Part shown: positions 1 to 13,386 of the stretch, in pieces
Layout of the letters: the number at the start of each line of letters is the position of its first letter
Numbering within the stretch: position 1 is the stretch's first letter
Origin: Spizellomyces punctatus DAOM BR117
Taxonomy: Eukaryota
Strand: one strand, 5' to 3'
Length of the DNA: 64,000 nucleotides
Assembly (NCBI GenBank): GCA_000182565.2
Contig: KQ257450.1
The notes under the pieces: model-generated
Told to the model about the DNA's origin: nothing
The model's input: the letters and a program-made list of their open reading frames with translations, nothing else
Database searches by the model: none
Made by a program: the position numbers and the translations under genes

Positions 1-2823
1 CTCTGACGCACTTCGGGACTGGGATCCTGAAATAGCCAAAGATGAGTGTGTCGACGCGTCCTCACCTGTTGAGCCATATTACATACCTTCATGCAGATGG
101 GCAGTAAAGACAGCACAGGTGGTTGCAATTGCGGTACAAGCGGCTCAACTAGCGTGTTCATTCCCTGAGCCACTCCGCTCAGCAGATCCAATGAGACTAC
201 AATGAAGTCCTTATCTGGTGCTTCAATTGCATCAGGGTGTTGAGCGTGACTCTGTCCACAGAAAACGGTTTCGTCAAAACCCAGCCAATGGACGGCAATA
301 ACTTAAGAGTGATCAGCACCTGAAGTAGCTGAAGAGTGGCTTGAATGATTCGCAAGCATCGCTGCCACACCTCGGTTGCAAATGGCGCGAACTTGCCCCC
401 GAGCGCGGTGGCAACGGAAGACATACATTCAAAGAGGGGGAATATTCCTCGATCCATGTCATCAATCAATTGCCACTTGCGAACAAGAGGTTGCATGAGA
501 ACGTTGATGTATCGATCCTCGCTCAACGCTGATCCGACTGAGTCTGCTAGGGTTCCCACTGCATCGTACAAGATGAGCAGATTCTTGTGCTGGTTGATCG
601 TCGAGTACAGTAAATTGTTTCAGTCCATTGGCGCACTTGGTTTTGATGGTGACCTACACCTACCTGGTATTTTTGGAATGCCAAAGCTAGTGTCGAAAGG
701 ACCGGCTCTAGATATGGAATCAACTCCATCATGGCCTCTTCCTCCACGGTGGCTAGCGCACTATTCATAAGATTAATTAATTACCAAGTCTAACAAAGAT
801 GAGCTCACCCCCGTGCACACCTGCACGCGGCTTCCTGTACACGCTTGTTATTATCCAGCACCGTTTGAAGAAGCTGTGCAATTCATTAGCAAATTCATTA
901 CTTGCGGAATACATATACATGCCAGTCATACCGTTAGAACCAATGGCCGAAAGTAGTTTTCCCTGTGCAGCTGCAACTGCGCTTCCGTGCCGCAATACTG
1001 ACGAGCCCACACTGCTGGAGGATGTACTGTCCAACCTGCGTAACGACCCAAAGTCCAGCATGTGATTGCACGCACGAGTGGCTGGATGGAAAGCACGTCC
1101 CTGATTAAGACCATGTAATTCAAGCATCAAGTCATTCTGGATGCATACTAACCTGTGCGTCCGACAAGCAAATGATCATATGCGGAACCAACTGTGGCAA
1201 GTGTTGCATCATACCCGGAAGACATCCTATACCGTAACCGTCATACGAAAGCTCGCGTTCACAAATTGTTTGCATAGCAGACGCACCTTCAGCAATCGCG
1301 CCCAGCGCCAAAATGCCACACTCCCGATGCTCCCAATCGGGGTGAAACAATTCTTCTTTCAATCGGGGCAGTAAGTGGACAAGAAGATCGTTCTCAAACA
1401 CTGTGGCCATAACATCCATAGCTGCAGCGGAGCATTTTCGGAGATTCCATTCGGTATACACGTCGTCCTCATCATCAAAGTCGCTTTCATCCTCATCGTC
1501 CGAGTCCTCATTCCCAGCCGATTGAGCTTGCCCTGCACCAGGAGTTCCCTCATGATCCAACGCGTGGGTCCGAGCTTTGTGATGGCGCGGTTTTATGTCC
1601 TGCGCACTATCAGGGACAGCAGCATCTTCGCCCTCATCTGCAAGTATAGCGATATCTTCCTCTGAATATACCATGCCCTTCAACAGCACAGGAACAATTC
1701 TGGGGGTAAACGCAACGCGGGTCAACCGATCGTCCACGAAATTAGTATCATGATGACATTATGTACCTTGGCAAGAAGGGTTCTAGATGATCCTTCATCC
1801 GATCCTGCTCTGCAAAGGAAAGCCAGAACTCGCACGCTTCTAATGCCACTTCGTCGTCTTCCCCTTGTGTACAATATAACATAAAGTTCACCACGTCCTC
1901 TAGCTGGGGGACGAGCGCTTCGGGGTATACTTCAAGTATCATCACGAGTGCCTGACATACATGTTTACGGACGGTGGGGTGGGGGTCGCTTGCACGGGCA
2001 TAAAGTCCTTGGACGTAGGGTTCCATGTTGACAATCAACCCTTGCGAGTGCATCAGTACAAACTGATTCACACACTGGATGGCGGAAGCGCGCACTTTGG
2101 GATTCGGATTAGCAAAATGCTGAATAAATTTTTGTATCATAAAGCTCAACGCTTGCGATTGGAATTCTTCCAACTGCTGTGCAGAGTCCTCGCATATTTT
2201 TTGGAGCGCACCAAATGCTCCCTACAAAGCAGAACGTGACCGAATTCAGTATTGTGATCACATTTATCCATTTACCCATTCCGGCATCCCATACCTCCAC
2301 TACATGAGGCTCCGGCCGATCGATTAACTCCATAAGGACCTGGAGCACTTCAGGCCATCTACGCAAATCTTGGGATAAGACTGTTGTAATGATAGATCCA
2401 GCCGCAGCCCGAACAGGTTCCTGCGGGTCAGAAACCACTCGGATCACACATTCCTTCATGTACGCCACACTTTGCGGTTGCATTATTTCAATGTGTAATC
2501 GAACATAGTTTTTCAACGTAAGGCCAGCAATGGCTCTCGTCGAAGGTTCCAGCTCGGACATGGCCATGATGCAGGCAAGGTAATTAGGATATTCGGGAAC
2601 TCTCGTAAACGATTCTAGTTTCTTTAGAAAATAATCAGTTGTGGAGTACGGATCATTGTAAGTGATTTTGGCAACGAGTTATATAATTCTGTTTTGGAGT
2701 TTCAAATTTCTGCCAGTTCCTCACCTGCCGGACGTCGCGCTGCACTACATTATCGCTAGCAGTCGAGTCCTTTAACAGCTGCACAAGTATATGCAGGTCC
2801 TCCGCGCGCGGTTGCCAGGTCAT
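1..2823 (-). CDS. KAP104: Transportin-1 / importin beta-2 (multi-exon, 3' part runs off the window start)
   Basis: First exon reads [21 protein letters not shown]. Later exons give [19 protein letters not shown], acidic loop DIKPRHHK...[43 protein letters not shown] and [19 protein letters not shown] introns lie between the ORF pieces. Confidence 0.93.
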
Positions 2824-3195
2824 CGTATCTACTTTCTACTAGGCAAATGCTATCCAACTCGGGGTCGTAAGGGGGAGCTGTGTACGCACCGTGGCGTAAA
2901 TTCGGTGGAGCGATACACTCGGCACAGATGCTTTGATGCGATCGTGAATAGTCCGTGAGCCGATGACGGCTGCTGCCCAGCCTTGACGACAAGAAAGCCA
3001 TGATAATGTGGCACAGGCTGCACGTGATCGTAGAACGATGCTTACGCGCGTTGTTTATCACACATTTTGGCCAAACAGCGGAACCTCCGCATCTTCCACG
3101 CGTTCTGACATTTTCTTCTACTCCTGGGCTTTATAAAAAGGTAGGGCTTCCTCATTTTTCCCCCTACTTTTTTAGCACGAAATTCAGCGAAAAAA

Positions 3196-4223
3196 ATGAA
3201 ATTGGGTCTTCCTATTGCACTGTCGCTTGGCTTCCTCGCCGCGCCATCATTGGCCGTGTCCATCTTGCCTGCGAACCCTTGCGTACCCCAAGGTACATCC
3301 TTCTCATGCCCCAGTGTCTATAGTGGCGCCATCGGCGCGTCCGCGTCGCCGAGTCCCGCTACCGCGGCCGGCATCCAATCCCTTTGGGCGTTGCGCGATA
3401 ACATGCATCAACGCTGGCAGGCTCTGGACGCGGCCTGCGATCCAGATGCCGTGTTTGCGGTAAGACCCCATATTGGCATATGCACATGCTTGGAATTACT
3501 TAATAAAAATGCATCATGGGTTATAGCTTACTTATTTGTTTATGACCGACTCTGTTGCATCTCACGTTGCCAACAATTACTTTGATTTCAATGAGGACAT
3601 GGTCACATTTACTCGTACTTTTGCGAATTACTACCTCACCGCCATTGATAACTGGCACAATGGGAACCGCAGTCAAGTTCCTCAGGCGTGGAAGACTGCC
3701 TTCAGCAATGCCGAAGCTCAGAAGACCCTTGCGGAGCAAGATCTGTTTCTTGGCATGAATGCCCACATCAATCGCGATCTTGCGTATGTCGTGAACGACT
3801 TGAAAATGAAGAACGACCACAAACCCGACTACAACCGAATTAACGACATTCTGCAGGAAACTGCAGAGCCCGTAAACACGCAGATTGTGTGTCGTTACTC
3901 TGGCAACCCGCTCCAGACCAACCCCATCCTCGGAGCCGCCCTCCTGGAATTGATCACCGGCTGGCGCGAAAATGCTTGGCAGAATGGCAAGCGTAAGTAG
4001 CATGCAACCCTACAATGGTCACAATCTATATTGATTAACACCCCCAATTCTTCTTGAAGTGATGCAATTCAATCCTCTCCAGAAGATTGTTGTTGACACT
4101 GCGGCAGCCGCCATTGCCAATTTGTTTGCTGTTAACCTTGGCACGAATGGTCAACGTGTCCAATACTGTCAGTCGCAACAAGCGGCCAACGCCTGCCCTC
4201 CCCTTCAGTTGACCAACCACTAG
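3196..4223 (+). CDS. Secreted protein resembling the bacterial DUF5995 family (3 exons)
   Basis: N-terminal hydrophobic signal (MKLGLPIALSLGFLAAPSLA). Motifs FA..YL, VPQAWKTAF, LFLGMNAHINRDL and DYNRINDIL. GT-AG introns at ~3460-3525 and ~3994-4059; stop TAG 4221-4223. Confidence 0.65.
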
Positions 4224-4524
4224 ATTGTCTCCTTTGACTATTTTTATGCTTAAAAAGTAATCTTAGATTAGCGTTTTTTAATTCGTTACTTTAGTATTCA
4301 CTTTTTATTCTCTTTACGAGAGCCATATCCTACAACGAATAGATTAATCTGCTCAACATTTGATGCTTAAAGTCCGTGCTGAACAAATATCTTCCCGCCA
4401 TTTTGATCTGACCTCTGATCGACGAGTTTATGCACGTGATCAGGTCTCGCTCCCCTTGAATTTTTTTTGGTTTCCACCACCATAAGGATAAACTCCGCTG
4501 AAAGCCAACCCATCTACACACAAC

Positions 4525-7509
4525 ATGGGTGTCAAACTTCAGTTTGACGGGCCCTTTGACCCTCTCCGCATCTCCACAATTGAGGACGACGACGAGGTCC
4601 CTGTGGTAGACGAAGAAGAAGATGAAGAGGATTTCGCCCCGCATGGAGCAGAGATCACCAAATATAAGGCAGATAACCCTGGACAAAAGCAAACCGCTCA
4701 GGTAGGCAAGTATCTGTAGTGTGGACTATCCCACTATATCGATAGTAACGGTTAAACTCACGATGATGGTGATGGCAGACGGCGAAACCAGGTAAAAAGG
4801 AGAAAAAGGCGAAAAAGACAAAGTCAAAAGAGAATGACGCACCAACGACCACCCAACCTCCACCAAAGTCTCAGCAATCCACCGACAAGAAGCCGGATGA
4901 CTTGGAATTGAATCCTGATTTCTCTTTTGACGCCGATGGTGGACTGAATCTTGTAGGACCATCACATCCTTGGGATTTCACCTCTGTCAAAGCTGCCATC
5001 AAGCAGCAAATGAAGGTTGGACTTTGCTGCTTTGCATGTCAGTGAGATGATAGCTGATTGACGCATTTGTGTTTGAATAGGATACAATTTCAACCACTGT
5101 TGATGAAAAGATTGAACGAAGACGGGCGAAAGTGAACCGTGCCGCTGATACTAAGAAGAAGCTTTTGGCGGACGGTGAGAGCCAAGGTTGGACCACACTT
5201 ATTATTGATAACACACAAGTGGGCTGCGAAGACTAAGCTTATCCATGTTTAGAAGAGGCGGATAATGACTTCATGGATGACGGGTCAGACGACGAAGAGG
5301 TTGCTGACGATGAGGAAGGAGTGATTGCCAGCGACTCGCTAGATGACGACTCAGTAGACGAGAACGCAGAAGGAGAGGAGATGTTTGATGATGGTACTGA
5401 TGACGATGAGAGTGAGGGAGAGCAGGACGACGAAGTTGTCACCACCCAACATCGGCATCGCGACAGTGACGATGAAGAGGATGATGATGACGAGCCCGAC
5501 GACATTGTACAGGAAAAGAAAAAGGCAGAATACTTTGCACCCGCTCCTGAAGCTGAGGAATCGACTACTGAGGCCTTTACGAGCATGCGACTCTCCCGGC
5601 CCATTCTCAAAGGCATCGCCGCCATGGGATTTGTCAAGCCCACAGCCATTCAAGCCCGTACCATTCCTATTGCTCTGCAAGGCAAAGATATCTGCGGTTC
5701 AGCCGTAACAGGATCTGGAAAGACTGCAGCGTTCATTATTCCCGTCTTGGAACGTCTTTTGTTCCGTCCGAAAAACGTTGCCACGACCCGCGTCCTCATT
5801 CTAGTTCCAACGCGTGAATTGGGTGTACAATGTCACTCTGTCGCGGTCAACCTAGCGAAATTTTCTGATATTCAGTTTTGTCTTTGTGTGGGTGGTTTGT
5901 CAACCAAGACCCAGGAGGTGGAACTGAGGGCGCGACCTGACGTGGTGATTGCGACGCCCGGTCGACTCATTGACCACATCCGCAACTCGCGGTCATTTAA
6001 TCTGGACAGTGTCGAGATTTTGATCATGGATGAAGCCGACCGGATGCTTGAAGATGGTTTTGCAGATGAGTTGAACGAGATTATCAAGAATACCCCCAAG
6101 AGCCGACAAACTATGTTGTTCTCTGCGACCATGACGGACAATGTTGATGATTTGATCAAGTTGTCTCTCAACCGACCTGTAAGACTCTTTGTAGATAGCA
6201 CCACGTCCATTGCAAATCGTCTCGTGCAAGAATTTATTCGTGTGCGTGCACACCGTGAAGAGAGTCGACCTGCCATTCTTGCCGCCCTCTGTATACGAAC
6301 ATATACATCAGAAACCATTGTCTTTTTCCGTAGCAAAGCGGCAGCCCATCACATGAAAATCGTGTTTGGGCTGCTAGGACTGAAGGCCGCCGAACTCCAC
6401 GGTAACTTGACGCAACTGCAGCGTCTGGAAGCTTTGGAGCAATTCCGTGACAAGCAGGTCGACTTTTTACTTGCGACAGATCTGGCGTCTCGTGGTCTCG
6501 ATATTGCCGGTATCAAAACTGTCATCAACTACGACATGCCAAGAAACTATGCCCAGTACGTTCACCGTATTGGACGAACAGCCCGTGGCGGCGCAGGCGG
6601 TCGAGCCGTCAGTCTTGTCGGAGAAGCCGACAGAAACGTCCTTAAAATGGCCGTTAAAAACTCTCGAGATGAAGTCAAGCACCGCATCGTCCCATCTCAA
6701 GTTGTCCAAAAATACGAGCGACGCATTGAGAAATTCAAAGACACCGTAAAAGAAATCTACGCGGAAGAGAAAGAAGAAAAAGAGATGCGTAAAGCCGAGA
6801 TGGAAATTTCCAAAGCGCAGAATATTATGGAGCATGAAGCGGAGATCAAGAGTCGACCTGCTCGAACGTGGTTCCAGACTGAAAAAGAAAAGGCGCAAGC
6901 AAAGGAGCTTGGCCTTGCGAAACATCATGCAGATTTTGGAATCGACAGCGAGGAACCTGTCAGTAAAAAACGAAAAGCCGCTTCACAATTTGATGATGAT
7001 GCGGTGAGTTTGCCTGTCCCTTGTGTGTGTGTTCAATGATGATCACCAAAGACCTCCGACCAACATCATGTCGGAAAAAAAAGACAATTTACACCTTGGA
7101 GATCTGAGAACTCTTTCAACACAACCCCAATATACTAACATACAACTCCTCACAGCCAAAACGAACCTCCCTCTCCGGTCTCTCCCGCAAAAAGAAACGC
7201 ACCAAACTCGCCCGCGAAGAAGACGCAAAACAACTCGCAACGCAAGCCCGTGTCGCCCGCTCCGTCAAAAAACAAGCCCGCCCCCAGAAATTGGCTGCTG
7301 TTCCTGAACCTCGCACTTTTGTGCCTAAACCCTCTACTAAACGACGGGAAGGAGGGTTTGACAGTGAGATGGGAGTAAGTAAAAAGAAAACTCCCAAAAA
7401 GACTGTGACGAAACAGGAACCTGTTCAAAAGAAGAAGGAACCAAAGAAATTGGGAAAAGTGAGATCTGTCAAGGCGTTTAAATCGAAATCGAAATTCAAG
7501 AGACGCTAG
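4525..7509 (+). CDS. DRS1: DEAD-box RNA helicase DRS1/DDX27 (60S biogenesis)
   Basis: Q motif GFVKPTAIQ, AVTGSGKT, PTRELG, TPGRLIDH, DEAD, SAT, RGLD, HRIGRTAR. Acidic N-terminus, SRPARTWFQTEKEK, and C-terminal FKSKSKFKRR. Confidence 0.93.
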
Positions 7510-7880
7510 TGAGGGGGATTCTTTTTTTGTATGTATTTTTGTGAGTTTTTTCTAGTATGGTTTTTATAGCGATGGCATTGTGTGGAGGTGGAATTAAATG
7601 TGTGTAGAAACGGGTGCTCGGAATTAACATACTCAATGTTGGTGTATTACTTACCGCACAAAATAGTGCCTAGGGTTTGACTTGGAATTTCACAAGAATG
7701 AATTGTACACGTAGACATTATAATCAAGGTCAAAAACATTATGAAGTGCAAACATTGGAAAGAGACAGTAGAGATACACGATACACATGATATATTTGCA
7801 AAAGACAGATACCTATGTAAATCTATCTACAACCGCAGAGGGGCGATACTGCCCACTCAAGCCAATGACAACAATACAAA

Positions 7881-7983
7881 ATCAGCAAAGGTTCATTCCT
7901 CCCGCAAGGTAAAACAAGACAAAAAAATGCAAAATATGCCAAAAACACCTATCAGATCAGCAAAGGTTCATTCCTCCCGCAAG
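7881..7983. repeat. Two exact 28-bp direct repeats in the Argonaute 3' flank
   Basis: ATCAGCAAAGGTTCATTCCTCCCGCAAG at 7881-7908 and 7956-7983. Confidence 0.85.
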
Positions 7984-8059
7984 ATAAAAACAAACAAGCA
8001 AACATGCCACAAAAAAACCCCGATGCAAAAACAACTGCAAAAAATGCCAACCCCAGATC

Positions 8060-11000
8060 TCACATATAGTACATGACCTGCTTCAAGTCATCCCTCACCC
8101 TAGCAAACCGTTCATCCCAAGCCCTAGCCGCCTCACTCCCGGCCGTCCCACTACTCTCCTCACTCCACTCCATCCCCTTGAAATGGAACCTGGCCCTCGC
8201 AGCAACGAGATCCGCGTAATAAATGGGTGGACAGACCGAGACGGCGCGTGTGCTGCGTGCGTAGAGGTAACAGAGTTTGTAGGTCATTTGGTGGAGTGTG
8301 TCTGGTGAGAGTTTGTTTTCGTCGTGGAGGACGTGGTAGTGAGCTGAGCGGGAGGTGCCTTGGAGCCCCGGGTGGGAGTTGAGCAAAAAGTCTACAATGA
8401 ATAATCAGTTAGTAAAGTATCATAAACAAAAAAACAATGAATACGAAAACATACCATAGTCACTCGGATGGGTAATGGTCTTATCCACCACCGTGCCGGG
8501 TCTACAATTCCCAGACCGATCCGCATCTTCACCGCGTTTAGGAAAGAACCTCGTATGATGCCGCTTGGTGACAACAATAAAGCTAATGGGCGGGTTATAC
8601 TCTTTCCCACTTCCAGAGAGTTTTTCGATATCGGTACAGGCACGCTTGACAGCCGCAATCTCCGTTTGACGAATCTCGTTGAATTGACCTTCTGAGGCGC
8701 CGTCGCGGTAAAAGACGATGCGAGCGGGTTTGCGGTTCGTGGTGCGGTAAAAGGCGCGCAAGAGTTCTGTGGTCATACCGTAGACGTCTTGGATAATGTC
8801 GTTACGGCGGGTACCCGCTGGAGAACGTTGGATGCGGAGCGTCGCAGCGAAACGGGAGCATTGGGCGTCGAGGGAGCCTACCATGGCGGCAATCGAGGGC
8901 CTTGATTCACCTTCACCAGGTCCGGGATGAGTTATCTGAAAAAAAACAACCAGTTACTAAAGGTCCAAAAGGAAGTGTACAAACAACGGAAAAGCATATA
9001 CTCACATCAGCACCAATGACAATCGTCTCCGTCTCGGAAATAAAGTTGAGCTGCTTTGCAGAAAGGAAGGAATTGAAGCCGCCGAGTTTCACGTTCATTT
9101 TGAGGCAGAGGTTGGCGCAATATTGAACGTTTGCCTTGAACACATCTAATAATAAACAAAGCAACGGTTAGAAACACAAAAGACAAGGATAAAACAGCAA
9201 CAACAAAGCACATACGTCGAGACTGAACACACTGGGTAATAATACCAATGACCGTATCCGACACTCTCTTGATCTCTGCGTACCGACGAGGATTGGTATC
9301 CGGCAACACGACCAAAATCATCTGTGGCTTCTTCCTGCATCCTTGACCCGCATCCATGAACGCCGCTTTGAGGTTATTTTCAATATTGTTGTCAGATCCG
9401 TATCGGAGGGGCGGTTTTTCTTCGGTGATCTGAAGCCCCGTGTTCTTGCATGTTGAGACGAGTTGACGAACAAATTTATCGACAGCGTCGTTGCGAACTC
9501 GTTCGGAGGGAGCGAAAACGAGGACCGCCCAGGAAGAAAGAGTCTTGCCGAACGCAACCATCTTGTCACGAAGGTTCCAGGTGCCGTCGCGGGGTGTGAC
9601 TTCCTTCTCGCGGGACTTGGGGTGGTAGGAGATGGTGGGTGTGTCGAGGAGGCGGGCTTGAAGGATGCTAGGTTGGCGGCCTACGCGAAGATCAAAAGCA
9701 CGGAGGTATTCATTGTCCCGGTAGTCAGTTCCTTCGCGCACGGTTCCGACGAGCTGATTGATCGCGTCGGAGGTCCTGTTCAGACGATCCGTAGGGCGCT
9801 GCTGCGCGATGCTGATCATTCGAGACTAGATATAAAGAGAAGTGTGAGTCCATGATATCAATGAAAAACACCAAGTGAAAAGAACGTACCGTCTGTTTCT
9901 CATCCAACTTCCTGATGATCCTCTGACCCGGCGGAATCTCACAAACCTCCATCGGCAAGTAGATTCTCCTGTCCCGCTGCCCCGTTACGACGCACGGAAG
10001 ATGCGGGTATCGAAGACGAATCCCATACACCTGTTCAAAATATCCTTGAACGCTAATCTTGCGACGGGTGCCTTCGCCTTCATAGTCGAACATGGTGCGT
10101 GAGGCCGGCGTGATGGAGATCTCGGAGATACGGTACTTTTTGCGACCAGTCGCGCGGTGTGTGGTTTTGACTTGGAAGTTCCTGAGAGAGCGTTGGAGGC
10201 GACGGATATCTCCTTCATGGAGTTCGCGTTGGAAGGTTTGATCGGTCGTTTCGAGGATACGCTTGGAGACTTCAATGAGCGGACCTGCGAATAGAAGAGT
10301 GAGTAACAAAACGATGAGATGATAATACAACATACGAGATGGGCTTACCAGGTGCCAAAAAGGCCGTCGTACTGAGGTCCGCATTCAAGAACATTTTTTG
10401 CTGTCCGGGCCGCATCGAGAGCTTGCATCCGTTCCATGCTTCCGCGCCGCCGCCGAGGTAGCGATCTTGAGGGCTCCGAGAAAAGAGGTTCTGGAGGTAC
10501 CACCTACAGTAAACAAATGCCTATGAGTGATCTCGTTGCAATATTAAAGAAAGCCAATCGACTACATACCCGCGTCCAGAAGGTACACATCCCGGAATCT
10601 TTGAGGCATGGTGACGAAGAATCACATCAAACACGCTGCAATCAAAATAGAAAGGTGAGATACCGTCGTAAAAAAAATGAAAAGGTACGAGTGTCACTTT
10701 ACTTGAGAGCATCCTGCGGCGTTTGAATGGACGGAACTCTGCCTTCAAGGAAATTAACGAGTCGTGTCATGTCGACCGTCACCGCAAACTTGATGGCCAC
10801 TGTAAACTTGCTGTAAAGAAAAGTCAATACAAGCAAAGTAAAAAGTAAAGCAGAACTGACGTGGAACTCACCTTTCACGCGGAGGGGGGCCTTCTTCCCT
10901 AGGCGCTCGCGGAGGGGGACTGGTACGACGTTCAGGACCATTGTCTTCTTCTGGGAGAATTGTCGAGAGCATGACGGCTTCAGCGGTCCCGAGGTTGAGC

Positions 11001-11393
11001 TTCTCCGGTGCGTAGGCAATCTTTCTACCGTCAAAAACCTTGAACAAAAAAAGAAGGAAAGGAAGAAGCGGTCAGTATCCTAATCCATAAATGAAATGAA
11101 TAACTACAAGAACTTACAATCATACGAGACCTGGGAGTAAAGTACTCTCGGTTCTCCTCAGCCGCAACCACCAAGTTGAACACTTTGCGGTTAATGAGAA
11201 TGCTGGCCGCAGGCTTGATCTCGACGTCATACTGGTAGACAGGCTTCGTAGGCGTCGAGAGGGTAGGCCAGTGGTTGGCAATGATGGAGATGGGCTTGCC
11301 GACGGAACCAAACCCGGGACGCTTGGGGAAGGCGACGGTGGTGATGGGCGCACCGGTAGGTGGACGTGCAGTGGAGGGCGGACGGGCTGTCAT
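8060..11393 (-). CDS. Argonaute (N, PAZ, MID, PIWI), multi-exon
   Basis: KRPGFGSVGKPISIIANHW; PAZ ISVQGYFEQVYGIRLRYPHLPCV..YLPMEVC; MID YAEIKRVSDTVIGIITQCV and NLCLKMNVKLGG; PIWI IGADV, YRDGASEGQF, VTKRHHTRFF, QGTSRSAHYHVL, YYADLVAARAR. Confidence 0.96.
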
Positions 11394-12277
11394 GACAAGC
11401 GATGTGGTAAATGGGGTTCACAACAAAAAAAAGGAATGTGTGTTGAGTAAAAGTGGAGAGTTGGTTGAACAAAGAGTGTGAAAGACCAAAAAGAACAAAA
11501 AAATCCATATACGAGCACAAGGAAAAAAGCGGGGGGGATCGAAAAGGTCCCCTCCTTTTATAATCCGTCAAAATAAGCTTTTGACAATTCGGAGCATAAC
11601 TTCAAATGACTCATGGGGTGGCTTAAACGATCAGTCTGAGACCTCCTTTTTGCGTTTCTTTTCGATGGACCTGAGACCATTGGCTTTTTTGTTCTTCAAT
11701 ATGCCTTTTTGGTGGGCTTTTTCAGGGCTTTTTACGATCGGTCTGAAACCATACTTTTCTTATGATCAATTATGAGTATCTTGGAAGCAATGCCCTACTC
11801 GGCACGCGCTCAACAGACAAGCTGTCAAAAACGCGGTCGTGCACACAAGAAAAAGTGTTCTAAATGTTGCTGTTGCCCTACAGCAGTACGCTGACCGCCA
11901 TCTCAGCAGTACTCTTCGACCACCCATTTACGATGGAATGCCCTCTTACTTGACCATTGTGCTCACAAGAACAAACCCACTTTTGCCATCTCTTTGGAAT
12001 GGGTTGACATGACCAAACGACACCAAAGCTGTCAAATCCACGATCGGCAGCTAAGCCACATGTGGTTACGTAACCCCTAATTCAACGTGTTGCGAGCAAA
12101 CTACTAGCTGCACATGATTGCCTGCATTAGACGAGGCATATTTTAGTTGGTAGCAATAAAAGTGTAAGAATAACAGCATGCGGATGTGAATTCCTGATTC
12201 ATCAATTTAGAAACTACAATTATTCCAGTCATAATTCTATGAGGCGCTGACTTTGTTGATTCTGATCTACTGCAAGA

Positions 12278-12769
12278 CTATTCAAGAGGAATAATGGTAC
12301 CATTTCCAGCAAGGGTCTTCTTCCGGGGAGCAATCCCGCCACAGTTAATCCAGAAACCGCTATCATCAACCCATTCCGTATAACCTACAACAGCCCAGTT
12401 GGCATATCCGCCCTCCCCCCATTTGCGAAGACTTCCGACATGATATCCCTGGCAAGGGAATACATACACGTTGTAATCGTGATAGTTGTTGAATAACGAT
12501 CCGCAGTCGTAGCCGACACGCTTTACAGTGTACTGCCCGGTTGCAAGTTGCTTCAACCCCATATTAATGACTGCTACGGTCATCCCAGTTTCGTCAGAGA
12601 GACGCAAGGCCAAGGATTTGGTGAATTGTTCACGTTGGCTATTAACTGGTTTGAAATGCCGGCGGCAATGGCGTTAGCAGCGTTAGTTATCTTCTCGCCA
12701 ATGTCACTATGGACAAAAGAAGCGCAGCTCAAAAGCGACTATAATGTAAGCGAGAGAGAAAAACTTCAT
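12278..12769 (-). pseudogene. Frameshifted small secreted-protein gene (REQFTK...YNVYVF...GEGGYANWA type)
   Basis: ATG at 12769 gives MKFFSLAYIIVA. A +1 shift continues LSCASFVHSDIGEKITNAANAIAAGIS, and returning to the original frame gives QREQFTKSLALRLS...KWGEGGYANWAVVG. The unshifted frame has stops between these segments. Confidence 0.5.
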
Positions 12770-13121
12770 GATGCTGGTACTTTCTGATTTACGTCCGGGT
12801 TGAGTGATTACTACAACAAAAAAAACAACAGTGTAAGACAACAAGAATTTTCGAAAAGCACAAGTGGAATTCGGCTAACCTGCTTCGTGTATATCCTGGA
12901 CAAATCAAAAGAAAGAGCCAGAGGTCAACGACACAGGGAAAAGAACCCAGAGAGTCCACGGCTTTATATATGCTCAGGAATGCCTCACAACGGGCGTCAG
13001 GCAGCAAATGAAGGAATTGGGAGCAGCTCAGGGTGCAATAGTACGATGGAAAAGCGTCAGATAAAAAACACCTCATTTGATGATGAAATAAAAGGCATAC
13101 GATAGTTCCGACTGGGGTTCG

Positions 13122-13386
13122 TTATGCTAAACTGGGGATGTTGAGCAAGGCCGGCAACTGCTTCCGATAACTGTTGTGATCAGGAGGCTTTCATTGAATG
13201 GCAAACCGACGGAGGCACGATGCCTGCTGTCAGAGAAAGGAAAACCAAGACTGTTGAATAACGGAAGCTCCACACTTGTCGGTGAACTCCTTCATGCTCA
13301 AATGGGCATGTTGAATGTGGCCGGCAGCTGCTTCCGATAACTGCTGAGATCGTGGAAAGTTGCATTGAACGGTAAAACGACGGAGC
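13122..13386. repeat. Diverged direct duplication, ~170-bp period
   Basis: GGCCGGCAACTGCTTCCGATAACTGTTGTGATC (13149-13181) versus GGCCGGCAGCTGCTTCCGATAACTGCTGAGATC (13319-13351), with similar flanks. Confidence 0.7.
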
